Below, piece by piece: positions 1 to 9,468 of a DNA stretch of 34,468 nt; position 1 is the stretch's first letter, and the number at the start of each line of letters is the position of its first letter. The notes under the pieces were generated by a model. The model saw only the letters and a program-made list of their open reading frames with translations, ran no database searches and was not told the origin of the DNA. The position numbers and the translations under genes are program-made. The stretch comes from a virus, in IMG/VR virus record IMGVR_UViG_3300045988_066560, positions 1-34,468 of that record; one strand, 5' to 3'.

Positions 1-99
1 CTTTTTTTTTAGCATATTTTTCATAATTTTCCTGAAATCCTTTCAAAAGTACCTTTAGTTCTTCTGGATCAGGAGGCATGAGTGCTAATGCTTCATCAA
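1..99. repeat. Terminal overlap. Bases 1-99 are identical to 34370-34468 (assembly circularisation overlap)
   Basis: Direct comparison of both ends base by base. The repeat lies inside a CDS whose frame continues seamlessly across the junction. Confidence 0.95.
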
Positions 100-313
100 A
101 TGTGACGCTTCTCCCATTTGAACGCAGAATTGCATAAATGACATCTGCGCAAGCATCCATATTCTCGCTATCTGTCATTTTTTCCGGAGCTTTCTCGATT
201 TTCTTTGCCAGTTTATTAAAACCTCTTGTTTTTTGCAAATAATACAAAGTGCCAAAATTCACTTTAATATCAAGTCTTGTCCCATCTGTTAAATCAATAA
301 AATGTTCTGTCAT
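1..313 (-). CDS. Tail assembly chaperone, gpG-like. First 104 codons. The ORF continues across the circular junction to a stop at 34338 (114 aa total)
   Basis: ATG at 313 directly after the major tail gene. Hand translation MTEHFIDLTDGTRLDIKVNFGTLYYLQKTRGFNKLAKK...YEKYAKKK. Sits between the major tail protein and the tape measure. Not in the ORF track because it is split by the window ends. Confidence 0.75.
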   Translation of the reverse strand, partial: MTEHFIDLTDGTRLDIKVNFGTLYYLQKTRGFNKLAKKIEKAPEKMTDSENMDACADVIYAILRSNGRSVTFDEALALMPPDPEELKVLLKGFQENYEKYAKKK

Positions 314-314
314 T

Positions 315-938
315 TCAACCTCCTACTCCTGCTGCCGCTTTTAAATCCTCCTTGGTTAAAATCGGCTTCGTAAAGAATTTTTCCTCTGTAAGCCCTACTG
401 GGAAAGATGCCATTGTAGAGTCTACCATTGCCTTAATATCTCCGTTATCATTAAACGGATATGCTTTAATGGTTACAGTATCTGTCTGCTCAGAGAATTT
501 TTCTTCGCTTGTATTTGCATTATCGGAGTTTTCTGCAAGCTTGCATTTCGGATACCATTCATAGCGAGCTTTTCCTCCACGCATAATCACTACTTTTCCG
601 TATGCAAAATAAGGGCGGATACCTTTTCCTCCGGACAGTACTAGACCGCCCTCATCCACAACATCTCCTCTCATTTTCGCAAGAGTTTCTGCAACAAAGG
701 CAATATTTTCAACTTCAATATCCACCCCACTTACTGTTTCATCCGTGTCGTAGACTTTTCCACTTGCGTAGACAGATGCAGACTCTCCGTTTTCCGTCAC
801 TTTTACACTTTTTACAGTTTCTGTCTTTTCTACCTCTGCATCAAAGGTTCCGTCCCATTCTTCTTTTGCTGTTGCAAAACAAATATACTGTGCGCCTACC
901 GTCTCTTTAATCGGCGGCTTTTTTGGTGTAATGCTCAT
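315..938 (-). CDS. Major tail protein (phi13-type siphovirus tail tube)
   Basis: 207 aa, immediately upstream of the chaperone/tape-measure pair. Sequence style (YEWYPKCKL, TVTIKAYPF) resembles phi13-family major tail proteins from memory. Confidence 0.75.
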   Translation of the reverse strand: MSITPKKPPIKETVGAQYICFATAKEEWDGTFDAEVEKTETVKSVKVTENGESASVYASGKVYDTDETVSGVDIEVENIAFVAETLAKMRGDVVDEGGLVLSGGKGIRPYFAYGKVVIMRGGKARYEWYPKCKLAENSDNANTSEEKFSEQTDTVTIKAYPFNDNGDIKAMVDSTMASFPVGLTEEKFFTKPILTKEDLKAAAGVGG

Positions 939-940
939 AA

Positions 941-1303
941 TTACCTCCTAAAAATATTCTGTGTCATGATTTTATAATACTTTTCTTTGTTTCTTTCAAA
1001 TTCCGGCTTGATATGAGGGCTGCCATTCATTTTCGTTGTTCCATTTTCTACCATGGGGCCATAATATTTTCCCCAACCTACTTCTACATCTTTGTTAATC
1101 CTCTTGTGTGTTACAGTATCCAAAAGATGTGTATACCCGGCTTTTGCTATTTGAGAGCGTGGTTTTGGAAGCTTTCGGATATCCGCTGCAAATTGTTCAG
1201 CGCCTTTTTCTAATCCTGCTAAAACAGCATCTTCCTTTATGTCGTACCCATCTAAAATTTTCTGAAGCGCATCAAATCCATCATCTTCATGAAATCCCAT
1301 CAA
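941..1303 (-). CDS. HK97 gp10-family tail/neck component
   Basis: 120 aa. The motif region GYTHLLDTV...VGWGKYYGPMVENGT...SPHIKPEF resembles the HK97 gp10 family. Position lies between the head-tail adaptors and the tail tube gene. Confidence 0.6.
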   Translation of the reverse strand: MMGFHEDDGFDALQKILDGYDIKEDAVLAGLEKGAEQFAADIRKLPKPRSQIAKAGYTHLLDTVTHKRINKDVEVGWGKYYGPMVENGTTKMNGSPHIKPEFERNKEKYYKIMTQNIFRR

Positions 1304-1640
1304 TGTCCTCCACTACATCTAAAGCAAAGTATGTATGCCATGTTTTTGCAAATACTGCATCTTTTTCCACGTACTCATGCTGAAATGCCGGATGTAATCC
1401 CAAATCACGAAGTTTTTTTCTAAGCTCTTTGTATTTTTCATGTTGCGGTGTTCTTGCATAGAAAGAAATCTGATAAGTTACAACATTGTGATAACCTTCC
1501 CCCGATGCTGTTTCATCCTGCTCGTAATATGGCCAATACACAATGCGGGGATATTTATTTACATTTTCAGCACTGGAAATCCCTTCATTCACCGGAACAC
1601 CTAAACCATGTAATAATTCACTTAATTCCTGTTTTGTCAT
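1287..1640 (-). CDS. Head-tail joining / tail completion protein (assigned by position only)
   Basis: 117-aa ORF tightly packed in the connector cluster. No motif recognised. Confidence 0.4.
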   Translation of the reverse strand: MTKQELSELLHGLGVPVNEGISSAENVNKYPRIVYWPYYEQDETASGEGYHNVVTYQISFYARTPQHEKYKELRKKLRDLGLHPAFQHEYVEKDAVFAKTWHTYFALDVVEDIDGIS

Positions 1641-1984
1641 AAGATTTCAAGCTCCTTTTCTGGTCTTACAAGGGTAAGTTCTGTTTCCGGAAAACCTTCC
1701 TTGCTTGTAATATGTGCCGCATTATAAACAAGGTGCTGTTTTCCATCTATTAGGCATACACATCTACTGTCGATTTTCTTATATTGCGGTATTCTGATTT
1801 TTGCAGTAATCTCTTTTCCACCCTGGTCAAATTCATAGCGCAACTTGTCAAACACTGAAATTTCCCTGTAACAGATACGCATTCCTGTTTTTTCAAGGAT
1901 TTCTACCGGAAAATCAGTAGTAGTATCATTTTGAATTCGATACAACTCAAAGTATCCATCTGTATATTCTGGTAACTGTGTCAT
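1637..1984 (-). CDS. Head closure / head-tail adaptor protein (SPP1 gp16-like)
   Basis: 115 aa. Position after the gp6-like connector. The C-terminal pattern KIRIP...DSRCVCLIDGKQHLVYNAAHI is typical of the Phage_H_T_join family. Confidence 0.6.
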   Translation of the reverse strand: MTQLPEYTDGYFELYRIQNDTTTDFPVEILEKTGMRICYREISVFDKLRYEFDQGGKEITAKIRIPQYKKIDSRCVCLIDGKQHLVYNAAHITSKEGFPETELTLVRPEKELEIL

Positions 1985-1985
1985 G

Positions 1986-2252
1986 TCACACCTCGCTTCC
2001 CAACTGCCAGCTTACAATCAAATTTTGATAATTCTCTTCCCATTCATGGACTTTATGATGATATGCGTAATAGATATAATTTTTCAGCAAGCTTCTGTAT
2101 GTATAATCCTTTTTCAAGTCTGCTTTCGGATTAAGATGTAAAAGCCTTGCTTCTCCTTCTTTTGCATAATTCATAAGTCCTTCATCCGGGAAGAAAGGCG
2201 GAATTTGAAATTCCTGCCTCACTTCGTAAACAAGCTTTTCCAGTTCCGCCAT
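1986..2252 (-). CDS. Head-tail connector (gp6-like)
   Basis: 88 aa directly downstream of the major capsid gene. Size and position are typical. Confidence 0.55.
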   Translation of the reverse strand: MAELEKLVYEVRQEFQIPPFFPDEGLMNYAKEGEARLLHLNPKADLKKDYTYRSLLKNYIYYAYHHKVHEWEENYQNLIVSWQLGSEV

Positions 2253-2258
2253 ATTCTA

Positions 2259-3407
2259 TCAACCTCCCACGCCCGGTGTTGTCACCTGTGTAACAGGAAG
2301 AACGTATTCCTCTAATTTTGTCACATCAAATACTACCGCACAGTTATCATCGTCTGCCCTGCCGTTTGCATAACATTTTCCAATCACAAGGTTTGCATCT
2401 TCCATGGCTTTTGTCTGATCGTATTCATCAAATCTCACACCGGAAACTCCCATTGTGTAAACGCCTTTTAATGTAAAGATACCGGTTCCCTTCGGGCAAT
2501 TTGCGTCTACGTGCTTTACAATCGGCATAAAGGATGTATTTCTATATCCTCCTGTAAGGGCTTCCCCGTACATGCAAGGGTCTACAAACTCTGCCTCGTC
2601 TAAAGGATTACAGATAAGATGTAATTCTGTAACTTTTCTCTTTCCGTTATTTGACAGAGTTTTTCTTACTTCCATTAAGCCTTTCGGAGAGAATTTTTTA
2701 ATTGTTGTCAGCTTTGCTTTCGCCTGTGCAGTTCCGGTAGATGTAAAAGTTTCCAATTTCTTTGTAATTCCTACCGGTCCTGTCTTTCCGTCTCCGTTTA
2801 AATATCCATCTACTAATCCGTCCTGCATTGCCTCGGCAAGAATAGCTCTGAAATATTTATCCACAAACGGAAGCGCTAAGTCGCGGATTGCCTTTGGAAT
2901 TACCATAAATACAGTTAATTTATGCTGTTCTAAGTCAATTCCTTTGATGGTAGCAGATAATTCCCCTGTAATTGCAGCGGTTAAATCTGTTCCCCATACA
3001 GCTTTTCCCGTATGCTCTCCTGTAATCCAATGTTTTACATCTGCCGGCGCAAAGTTTACAAGAGTTAAAATGTCACTTGCTGTTTTTACATCTTCCAGCG
3101 TTCTTTCAATAATGGAAGTTGGCAGGATATCAATCTGTTTTGCTGTAATCGCCTGGTATACGCCCTCTTTTACTTTTCCGTAAAATTCATTTTCTTCTTT
3201 GCTCAAGGTATGCAAGCCAAGGGATTTTCTGTAATTTTCATCTGCTGCCGCTTTGGCATTCTGTTCTACCAGCTCTTTAATCAACCCGTCATGTTTTGCA
3301 CTAATAATCATTTCTGCCGCTTCGTAGATAGCAGCACTTTTGTCTTCTGCGCCGTCAAGTAATTCTTTTACTTTCTGCTGTAATTCTTTATTTCCATCAA
3401 TAATCAT
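2259..3407 (-). CDS. Major capsid protein, HK97 fold, with N-terminal coiled-coil delta/scaffold-like region
   Basis: 382 aa. ATGA overlap with the upstream protease gene. Portal-protease-capsid order. Confidence 0.85.
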   Translation of the reverse strand: MIIDGNKELQQKVKELLDGAEDKSAAIYEAAEMIISAKHDGLIKELVEQNAKAAADENYRKSLGLHTLSKEENEFYGKVKEGVYQAITAKQIDILPTSIIERTLEDVKTASDILTLVNFAPADVKHWITGEHTGKAVWGTDLTAAITGELSATIKGIDLEQHKLTVFMVIPKAIRDLALPFVDKYFRAILAEAMQDGLVDGYLNGDGKTGPVGITKKLETFTSTGTAQAKAKLTTIKKFSPKGLMEVRKTLSNNGKRKVTELHLICNPLDEAEFVDPCMYGEALTGGYRNTSFMPIVKHVDANCPKGTGIFTLKGVYTMGVSGVRFDEYDQTKAMEDANLVIGKCYANGRADDDNCAVVFDVTKLEEYVLPVTQVTTPGVGG

Positions 3408-4126
3408 TTTTTACCTCCACTAAAAAAAGCACCCCAGTCGGTGCCTGCTTTTGGTTTTTCTCTTTTTAATAATTCTACAACTTTTTTTGCAACTTCTTCC
3501 GCATCTAATGTTTCCTGCTGCACAGCTACCGGAGTATTTAAAATTTTGTTTCGAATACTCATCTGTGCGGACTGATTTGCCCCATCCTCTTTTTCTTCAT
3601 AAATGCTTGTGGCAAATCCATATTCTACAGCTTTGTCTGCGTCAATCCATGTTTCTTCATCTAGCATCTTTTTTACTTCGTCTTCCGTAATGCTTACACG
3701 GTTCATATAAGCTTTTACAGACGCCTGTGTGATAGTGTCTAAATCATCTGCCTGCTTTCTAAGCTCTGCCGCATTTCCTTGTCCGTAAGTCCATGCGTTA
3801 TGTATCATCAAAAGGGATGCACCATTCATGACTCTTTCATCACCGGCCATAAAAATGACAGATGCTGCGGAACAGGCGAAACCATCACAGTAAGTAGTTA
3901 CTTTTGCTTTGCTGTTCTTTAAAACGTTGTAGATTGCCAAACCTTCTGAAACCGCACCACCACTTGAATTGATGTGTACTTCAATTTCATCTGTATCCAA
4001 TTCAGACAGCTCTTTTACAATTCCGTAAGCATCTTTGTCTTTTTCTCTCCACGGATAACTGGTAATTGTTCCAAAAATGTACAGCTCTGCTTTGTTATCT
4101 TTCTTTTCCAAAGCGTAATACTTCAC
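3404..4126 (-). CDS. Prohead maturation protease, ClpP-like (S14 family)
   Basis: Motifs INSSGGAVSEGLAIYN, CDGFACSAASVIFMAG and LLMIHNAW. The track ORF extends to 4186, but that GTG sits inside the SD AAGGAGGTG. The GTG at 4126 has AAAGGAG 8 nt upstream. Confidence 0.85.
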   Translation of the reverse strand: MKYYALEKKDNKAELYIFGTITSYPWREKDKDAYGIVKELSELDTDEIEVHINSSGGAVSEGLAIYNVLKNSKAKVTTYCDGFACSAASVIFMAGDERVMNGASLLMIHNAWTYGQGNAAELRKQADDLDTITQASVKAYMNRVSITEDEVKKMLDEETWIDADKAVEYGFATSIYEEKEDGANQSAQMSIRNKILNTPVAVQQETLDAEEVAKKVVELLKREKPKAGTDWGAFFSGGKK

Positions 4127-4190
4127 TCTTTTTTCTCCTTTCTTGGATTTACTATTTAACCCATAGCTGGGAGATATGTGGATCACCTCC

Positions 4191-5348
4191 TTATGTGCTG
4201 TTTTTTTCTGCTGTTAAGTCATTTGTATAGTTCTTAGTCACAACTCTCTGTGTAGAAAACTCTGTTCCCAATTCCTCCCAGCCTACCATTCTAAAGATTT
4301 CATCCAGATTGAAACCGATTGCTCTAAGCTTATCCAGATTAGCAGCGCTTTCGATAATATCCACGTGCTTGTATCCGGACATATCAATCCAAATCTTTTC
4401 GCCTTTTAGGTAGTCAGCCTGTCCTACCAGCTTTGCATTTAAAGAGTCATTCAAAACTTCTACTACCCAGCTTACTGCGTATGTAATGAATTCATTTGTA
4501 CTGTCCGCCTTTTCTGTAATCTCTCCCAAAAATACAGCTTTCGGTATATCAAACGCAAGAGCGCACTCCACAAAGATTTCATGTGCAATCTTTGTCAGGT
4601 CTTCTGTACTTACGTTATTTGTAATCTTTAGCTCTCCTACGGAAAGTGTATCTTGATTTTTAATAATCTCTACTTTATCAGATGTTAAAAGTTTCTTAAT
4701 ATTATTCTTATATTCATCTTCTGTAAGCACTTTTTCTGTTCCATCAGGGTTCTTTGTTCGCATTATTTGTTGTACGCCCTGTGTTCTTAATTCAAATTTA
4801 GGGGTGCTGGAAATCCTCTTTGCTTCGCTTAACGCATCTAAAATTTTGTCGTATTGACCAAGCACTTTTTTCAGATATGTTTTAATTTTTTCGTTTCTGC
4901 TTCTAAGGTGTATGACCTCATCTGCATAAAATGTTCTATCCAGATGCAAGCTGTTACCATTCGATGTAATGACAACATTTGTATACCTCTGCTTTAGGAC
5001 TACGGATGTATCTACATTCCATGAGTCTGCAATATATAGACTTTTCCCTATTCTGCAAATCACACATTCTGTCTCTATCAATAACTTTTTTACGGCTTCT
5101 ATCCAAAAATCCGTTGCCGTTTCATTCTCATTCGCCTTTACATTCAGCATATAATAAATATCGTCTTTTACTCTTCCGTTTTTTCTCTGTACAACAAATT
5201 CACTTTTTGCCACAGCTTTCGCAATCATGCTGATTGCTTTTTCGATTGCCAGTTTTGATATATGCAGTTCTGTAATATTTGCGGATATGCTTTCCATAAC
5301 CGACTCTACTTTTCCTTTTTTGCTCCATGTAAAATCAAACATACACAA
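4191..5348 (-). CDS. Portal protein (HK97 family)
   Basis: 385 aa between the large terminase and the prohead protease. Overlaps the TerL stop. Confidence 0.85.
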   Translation of the reverse strand: MCMFDFTWSKKGKVESVMESISANITELHISKLAIEKAISMIAKAVAKSEFVVQRKNGRVKDDIYYMLNVKANENETATDFWIEAVKKLLIETECVICRIGKSLYIADSWNVDTSVVLKQRYTNVVITSNGNSLHLDRTFYADEVIHLRSRNEKIKTYLKKVLGQYDKILDALSEAKRISSTPKFELRTQGVQQIMRTKNPDGTEKVLTEDEYKNNIKKLLTSDKVEIIKNQDTLSVGELKITNNVSTEDLTKIAHEIFVECALAFDIPKAVFLGEITEKADSTNEFITYAVSWVVEVLNDSLNAKLVGQADYLKGEKIWIDMSGYKHVDIIESAANLDKLRAIGFNLDEIFRMVGWEELGTEFSTQRVVTKNYTNDLTAEKNST

Positions 5349-6990
5349 TCACCTCCTTTATCAAATCTTTTGAATACATGGCAGCTATAAAGGCCATAAA
5401 TCCATCATTTTTTCTTAGCTTCGGTTCAATTTTTCCATATTGTTTATTTCCAAATTTATCTGTAAGTACCTGTGTATTATTTGTATACCACCGCATAATT
5501 GCAGATGGTCCATAGATGATTTTATTTTCCGAAAATAGTTTTTCAATTTCCGGTGCAATAATTCCACATACAGAACCCAATTTCCTTATTAAGCGTACCG
5601 TTCCGTATGGGTCTTGTCTCGTTTCTTCCCGGAGTCCATAAGACTCAAAAAGCAAGCGGAACATAGTGTATCGGTATGTATCCATGGTAATTTTCACAAC
5701 AGTATATTCCTGCATTTTCTCTATACACCATTTCACAATTTCTTCCGGAGGAATAACAGGACCTTGCACTACTTCATAATCCATAAATTCCGGCTGTCCG
5801 TAATTTTTCTCAATCGGAAATTTAATAGAATTTAAAAACGGCGACTCTGCGCATATCCATGTATGCTGCAACCAGATATATTCTCCATCTTTTTCAGTAA
5901 GCACTCCGGCAGAAGCAAAGTCCCTGACATCTGCATAGTCAATTCCAATAATCGCAAGTTTGCCTGTTGTGTCTGGAACTTCCCTCGGTGTTTTTCTCTT
6001 TATATCAGAATAACAGCACCGCAGGATATTATTCCAGCTTGCAACTGTCTGTTCTTCGTTTCTCGCCGGCCAGTTCATACGTTTTGTCATAAACTCCGGT
6101 TTCTTACTCGGTAATTCCTTCATTTCCAGATAATCCGCATGGATTTGGTTTGCCAAAATCGGCATATATTCCATAGATGGGTTTGCTTTATGCCACGCAT
6201 CCGGATTGTCAGCCTCTTCTTCTGTATCAATTTTACAGATAAATGGAAAATATCCTAATGGATTTTCTCCTGTTTCCAGTATCTTGCGTAAAAGGACTAA
6301 AAGTTCATCTAACGGACCCTCTCTTACGTATCCATTTGTGGTAATGATAAATTCTCTGGGATGTTTTACTTTTCCAAGCGCAGACTCAAATACATTTATC
6401 TGCTCGTAATTTTCATAAGCATGGATTTCGTTCAATACCAGGCATCCCGGTCTTTTACCATCCTTGGTACTGGCGTTTGATGTATTATATTTTAATTCAG
6501 AACCGGTAGCAATATTGGTAATCAGTTCCTTTGTAACTATGAATTTTCCTTTCATGGAAGGAATATCCATAGCATCATAAGCAACCTTAAAAGTATCTTT
6601 TACCTGCTGCTCCGAGTTGGCCACAATTTCTACATGATAGTTTTTTACTCCGTATAACGGTGTCTGTAAAAAATTTACTAGCGGAACAATAAAACCGTCT
6701 TTCCCATTTCCTCTTCCCATCATAATAAAAAACTTAGGAAAAATAGGCATATCATTTTTATACATAAACGCAAAAGCGTATATAAATTTCTGATATGAAA
6801 ACAGTTTATAATAGTGTTTTTCGCAATATTTTAAGCAGTTTTTATAGGTTTTTTCATCAAAAAAAACGTCATTTCTCCGCATTGTCGGTAAAACAACGTT
6901 CTCAATTAAAAGCTTTCTTTCCTCGTTTATCCATGCCGGGTGTTCTTCTGCATATCTAAGATATTCTGCTACCTCTTTGCAAATAATCAT
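5335..6990 (-). CDS. terL: Terminase large subunit
   Basis: 551 aa. Walker-A-like MMGRGNGKDG. Position between the small terminase and the portal. Confidence 0.9.
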   Translation of the reverse strand: MIICKEVAEYLRYAEEHPAWINEERKLLIENVVLPTMRRNDVFFDEKTYKNCLKYCEKHYYKLFSYQKFIYAFAFMYKNDMPIFPKFFIMMGRGNGKDGFIVPLVNFLQTPLYGVKNYHVEIVANSEQQVKDTFKVAYDAMDIPSMKGKFIVTKELITNIATGSELKYNTSNASTKDGKRPGCLVLNEIHAYENYEQINVFESALGKVKHPREFIITTNGYVREGPLDELLVLLRKILETGENPLGYFPFICKIDTEEEADNPDAWHKANPSMEYMPILANQIHADYLEMKELPSKKPEFMTKRMNWPARNEEQTVASWNNILRCCYSDIKRKTPREVPDTTGKLAIIGIDYADVRDFASAGVLTEKDGEYIWLQHTWICAESPFLNSIKFPIEKNYGQPEFMDYEVVQGPVIPPEEIVKWCIEKMQEYTVVKITMDTYRYTMFRLLFESYGLREETRQDPYGTVRLIRKLGSVCGIIAPEIEKLFSENKIIYGPSAIMRWYTNNTQVLTDKFGNKQYGKIEPKLRKNDGFMAFIAAMYSKDLIKEVIVYV

Positions 6991-7298
6991 TACAGATAGT
7001 CATCCTCCGCAGAGGACTCGCTTAAAGGTTCTTTCAAATTCAAATCATTTAAAATTTTAAGCATGGCAGTAGTGATTTTTGGCAGATTTATCACGGACTC
7101 ATTGGCTTTTTCCACTTCAATTCCGTTTCCGTTAATTGTTTTATAGCGCAGTCCTTTTTTATTGATATCCGTAGTCAGTTTCTTTTTCAGACTCCAATAC
7201 GTCATGTAGTCATTCACTAAATCTTCGTAAAATTCTGATGTTTTATTTTGTAGTCTTAACTGTTCCAGTAAGGATGCTTTTACTTGTTTCTGCGTCAC
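6990..7298 (-). CDS. terS: Terminase small subunit (P27-family type)
   Basis: 102 aa, 1-nt overlap with terL. The HNH / small terminase / large terminase arrangement is typical of HK97-like cos phages. Confidence 0.7.
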   Translation of the reverse strand: MTQKQVKASLLEQLRLQNKTSEFYEDLVNDYMTYWSLKKKLTTDINKKGLRYKTINGNGIEVEKANESVINLPKITTAMLKILNDLNLKEPLSESSAEDDYL

Positions 7299-7325
7299 TG
7301 TACCACCTCCTTAATCTTAGATATA

Positions 7326-7721
7326 CTACCATTTTTCTTCACTCTCAAAGACATCTACCACTTCAAATTTGAGGTCAGAATAAAAATATTTTTCCATAAT
7401 ATTTTCATTCGCATTTAATACGCTTTCTATGTTTTCTATATCCCTACTTCTATTTCTGCTAAATATATTCTTTCTACATTGTACGAAGCTTGTATTTATC
7501 CAAACGTACTTAACGTTTTCTTTATCAAAAGCTTCTCTTTCCTCACGTGTCGGAAAACATGTTATATGATATACCTTCTCTCCTGCTTCATGTTTTTTCA
7601 AAGTAAATTGCAGTTGAATTCTTTTATCCCCTATATCATCAAAATCACTTACAACTCCGGATTGTTCTTTACACCAAGTCGTTTTACCCGCCCCTATCAT
7701 TCCACATACACATACAATCAT
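7326..7721 (-). CDS. Small P-loop NTPase / kinase-like protein
   Basis: N-terminal Walker A VCGMIGAGKTT. 131 aa. Confidence 0.6.
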   Translation of the reverse strand: MIVCVCGMIGAGKTTWCKEQSGVVSDFDDIGDKRIQLQFTLKKHEAGEKVYHITCFPTREEREAFDKENVKYVWINTSFVQCRKNIFSRNRSRDIENIESVLNANENIMEKYFYSDLKFEVVDVFESEEKW

Positions 7722-7825
7722 GTACTTACCCCCTTTTCACGCGCGCGCGGAAATTTCTCCAGAGTCGTGGCCACATCCCCGTTCTCCATTTTTATATTTT
7801 TCACTGAGAATTAGGCCGGGGAGTG

Positions 7826-8158
7826 TTACCACTTTTCTTCTGTCAATCTTTTCTTTCTTTTCACAAACCTATGTGGATTTCTTCCATGTCTGATGTTATG
7901 ACACTGTGTACATAAGCTAATTAGGTTCCTATCCGCCAGTGCCAGCTCCGGATGTTCTTTTAATTCTTTTATGTGGTGCACTTCATGTGCTGGTCTTATT
8001 ATTCTATCTTCTCCATGTAAGACAATTCCTTTTTTCATTGCTTCTGTAAGTCTTCTTCTACAGTCTTGACATTCATGGAAGTCTCTGCTCAATATCTGCT
8101 CCCTCTTGCGTTTCCATTCTGCTGTATTATAAAAGTGCTTTACTTCTTTATCTGTCAT
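7826..8158 (-). CDS. HNH endonuclease (terminase-associated type)
   Basis: CQDC...HHIKEL...LCTQCHNIRHG HNH/zinc motif. The ATG at 8158 is preceded by GGAGGAA. The track start at 8212 has no RBS. Confidence 0.85.
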   Translation of the reverse strand: MTDKEVKHFYNTAEWKRKREQILSRDFHECQDCRRRLTEAMKKGIVLHGEDRIIRPAHEVHHIKELKEHPELALADRNLISLCTQCHNIRHGRNPHRFVKRKKRLTEEKW

Positions 8159-8265
8159 ATTTCCTCCTGCATAAAAAAGTGTCTTCGACACTTCAACTCC
8201 CCTGCCCCTCAATCTTTGAGGGGTTGGGGCTTTCTTTTTCCTTCCCTATCTGTCATAATACTCTC

Positions 8266-9417
8266 ATGAATATACTTCAAAAAATTTTTACCGACTATTA
8301 TGAAGAAATTAAATATACCCTCCATCCCAGAAAAACGGAAATGGAAAACATTGATAAAATGATCCACTGCGGTGATCCTTCCTTCGGCGGTGCCATGTAT
8401 GCCTGCACCCACTGCGGTAACCTAAAATTCGTTCCTTTCCGCTGTCACAGCCGCTTTTGCCCTACCTGCGGCATCAAATATTCCATGGAGCGCTCTACCA
8501 GCATGGCTTTCAAACTCATACAGTCCAGCCATCGCCACTGTGTTTTTACCATTGACAAAAACCTTCGGGATTTCTTTCTCAAAGACCGCACACTCCTTGA
8601 CTGCCTTTTTCATTCCGTCAACAGTGTCGTCTCCCGTATGTTTTTCAAAATCAATCAATCCAAAAATTTTACCCCCGGCTTTCTCATGGTTTTGCATACC
8701 TTTGGCAGGGATCTCAAATGGAACCCTCACATTCACTGCCTTATTTCCGAAGGCGGTCTTAGTGATGATGGACTCTGGAAACCCGTAAAGCATTTTAACT
8801 ACACCTTTCTTCGGAATGCTTTCCGCACCGCTCTCCTCAATGAGATGGAAACTCTCCTCGGTTCTTCTTTTAAAAAAGTAAAAGCCAAATGTTATGATGA
8901 ACACAAGCAGGGCTTCTATGTTTATGCCAGACCAAACCTCTGTGACCCTAAAGCAGTCATCCGCTATATTGGCCGGTATCTTGGCCGACCTGTCATCGCC
9001 GTCTCCAGAATTGACTCCTATGATGGCGAAATGGTGACTTTTCATTATAACCGCCATGAGGATGATCAATATATACAGGAAACTATTCCTGCCATGGATT
9101 TCATAAAAAGGCTGATCCGCCATATCCCCGAAAAGCACTTTAAAATGATCCGTTATGGCGGCTTATATGCCAGACACAGAAAAACAGATGCAAAACTCTA
9201 CCGGGCTATCCCCAAAAGCAGGCACCGCATTTACCGAAGCTTCAACCTGTGGCGCAATGCCATTCTTTCTTCCTTCGGCTATGATCCTTTGGAATGTCCC
9301 GGCTGCAGGCACAAAATGGAGTTCCTGGAACTTTATTATAATCACCAACGCGTATCCCTCGAAGAACTTTATGAGAAAGCAATGTCCAAATTTCTCGGAA
9401 AGCGTTCTTCTGCATGA
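8266..9417 (+). CDS. tnpA: IS91-family transposase
   Basis: N-terminal zinc-binding region HCGD...CTHCG...RCHSRFCPTCG. HUH block LHTFGRDLKWNPHIHCLISEGG. Y2 block IRYIGRYLGRPVIAVSRI. FIKRLIRHIPEKHFKMIRYGG. The likely start is the MNILQ ATG at 8266. Confidence 0.9.
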   Translation: MNILQKIFTDYYEEIKYTLHPRKTEMENIDKMIHCGDPSFGGAMYACTHCGNLKFVPFRCHSRFCPTCGIKYSMERSTSMAFKLIQSSHRHCVFTIDKNLRDFFLKDRTLLDCLFHSVNSVVSRMFFKINQSKNFTPGFLMVLHTFGRDLKWNPHIHCLISEGGLSDDGLWKPVKHFNYTFLRNAFRTALLNEMETLLGSSFKKVKAKCYDEHKQGFYVYARPNLCDPKAVIRYIGRYLGRPVIAVSRIDSYDGEMVTFHYNRHEDDQYIQETIPAMDFIKRLIRHIPEKHFKMIRYGGLYARHRKTDAKLYRAIPKSRHRIYRSFNLWRNAILSSFGYDPLECPGCRHKMEFLELYYNHQRVSLEELYEKAMSKFLGKRSSA

Positions 9418-9468
9418 TTTCTTTTTTTACATTCTATGCTATAATCCTCTAAAAGGAGGATGGTTGCC

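Noticed and set aside
1-99. Possibility that the 99-bp end repeat is a biological direct terminal repeat.
   Set aside because: It interrupts a coding sequence whose frame is continuous across the junction, which fits an assembler overlap of a circular or concatemeric template.
2572-3183. 203-aa plus-strand ORF, and similar long plus-strand ORFs at 25322-25963, 32005-32529 and 33148-33867.
   Set aside because: They lie antisense to well-supported structural genes (capsid, fibre, tape measure). They have low-complexity S/F/L/C/P-rich translations, no RBS and no operon context. They are shadow ORFs.
8179-8265. Upstream extension of the transposase ORF and the overlapping 8209-8412 and 8422-9138 minus-strand ORFs.
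   Set aside because: The extension has no homology-like features and overlaps the HNH gene region. The minus-strand ORFs are antisense to the clearly recognisable IS91 transposase.
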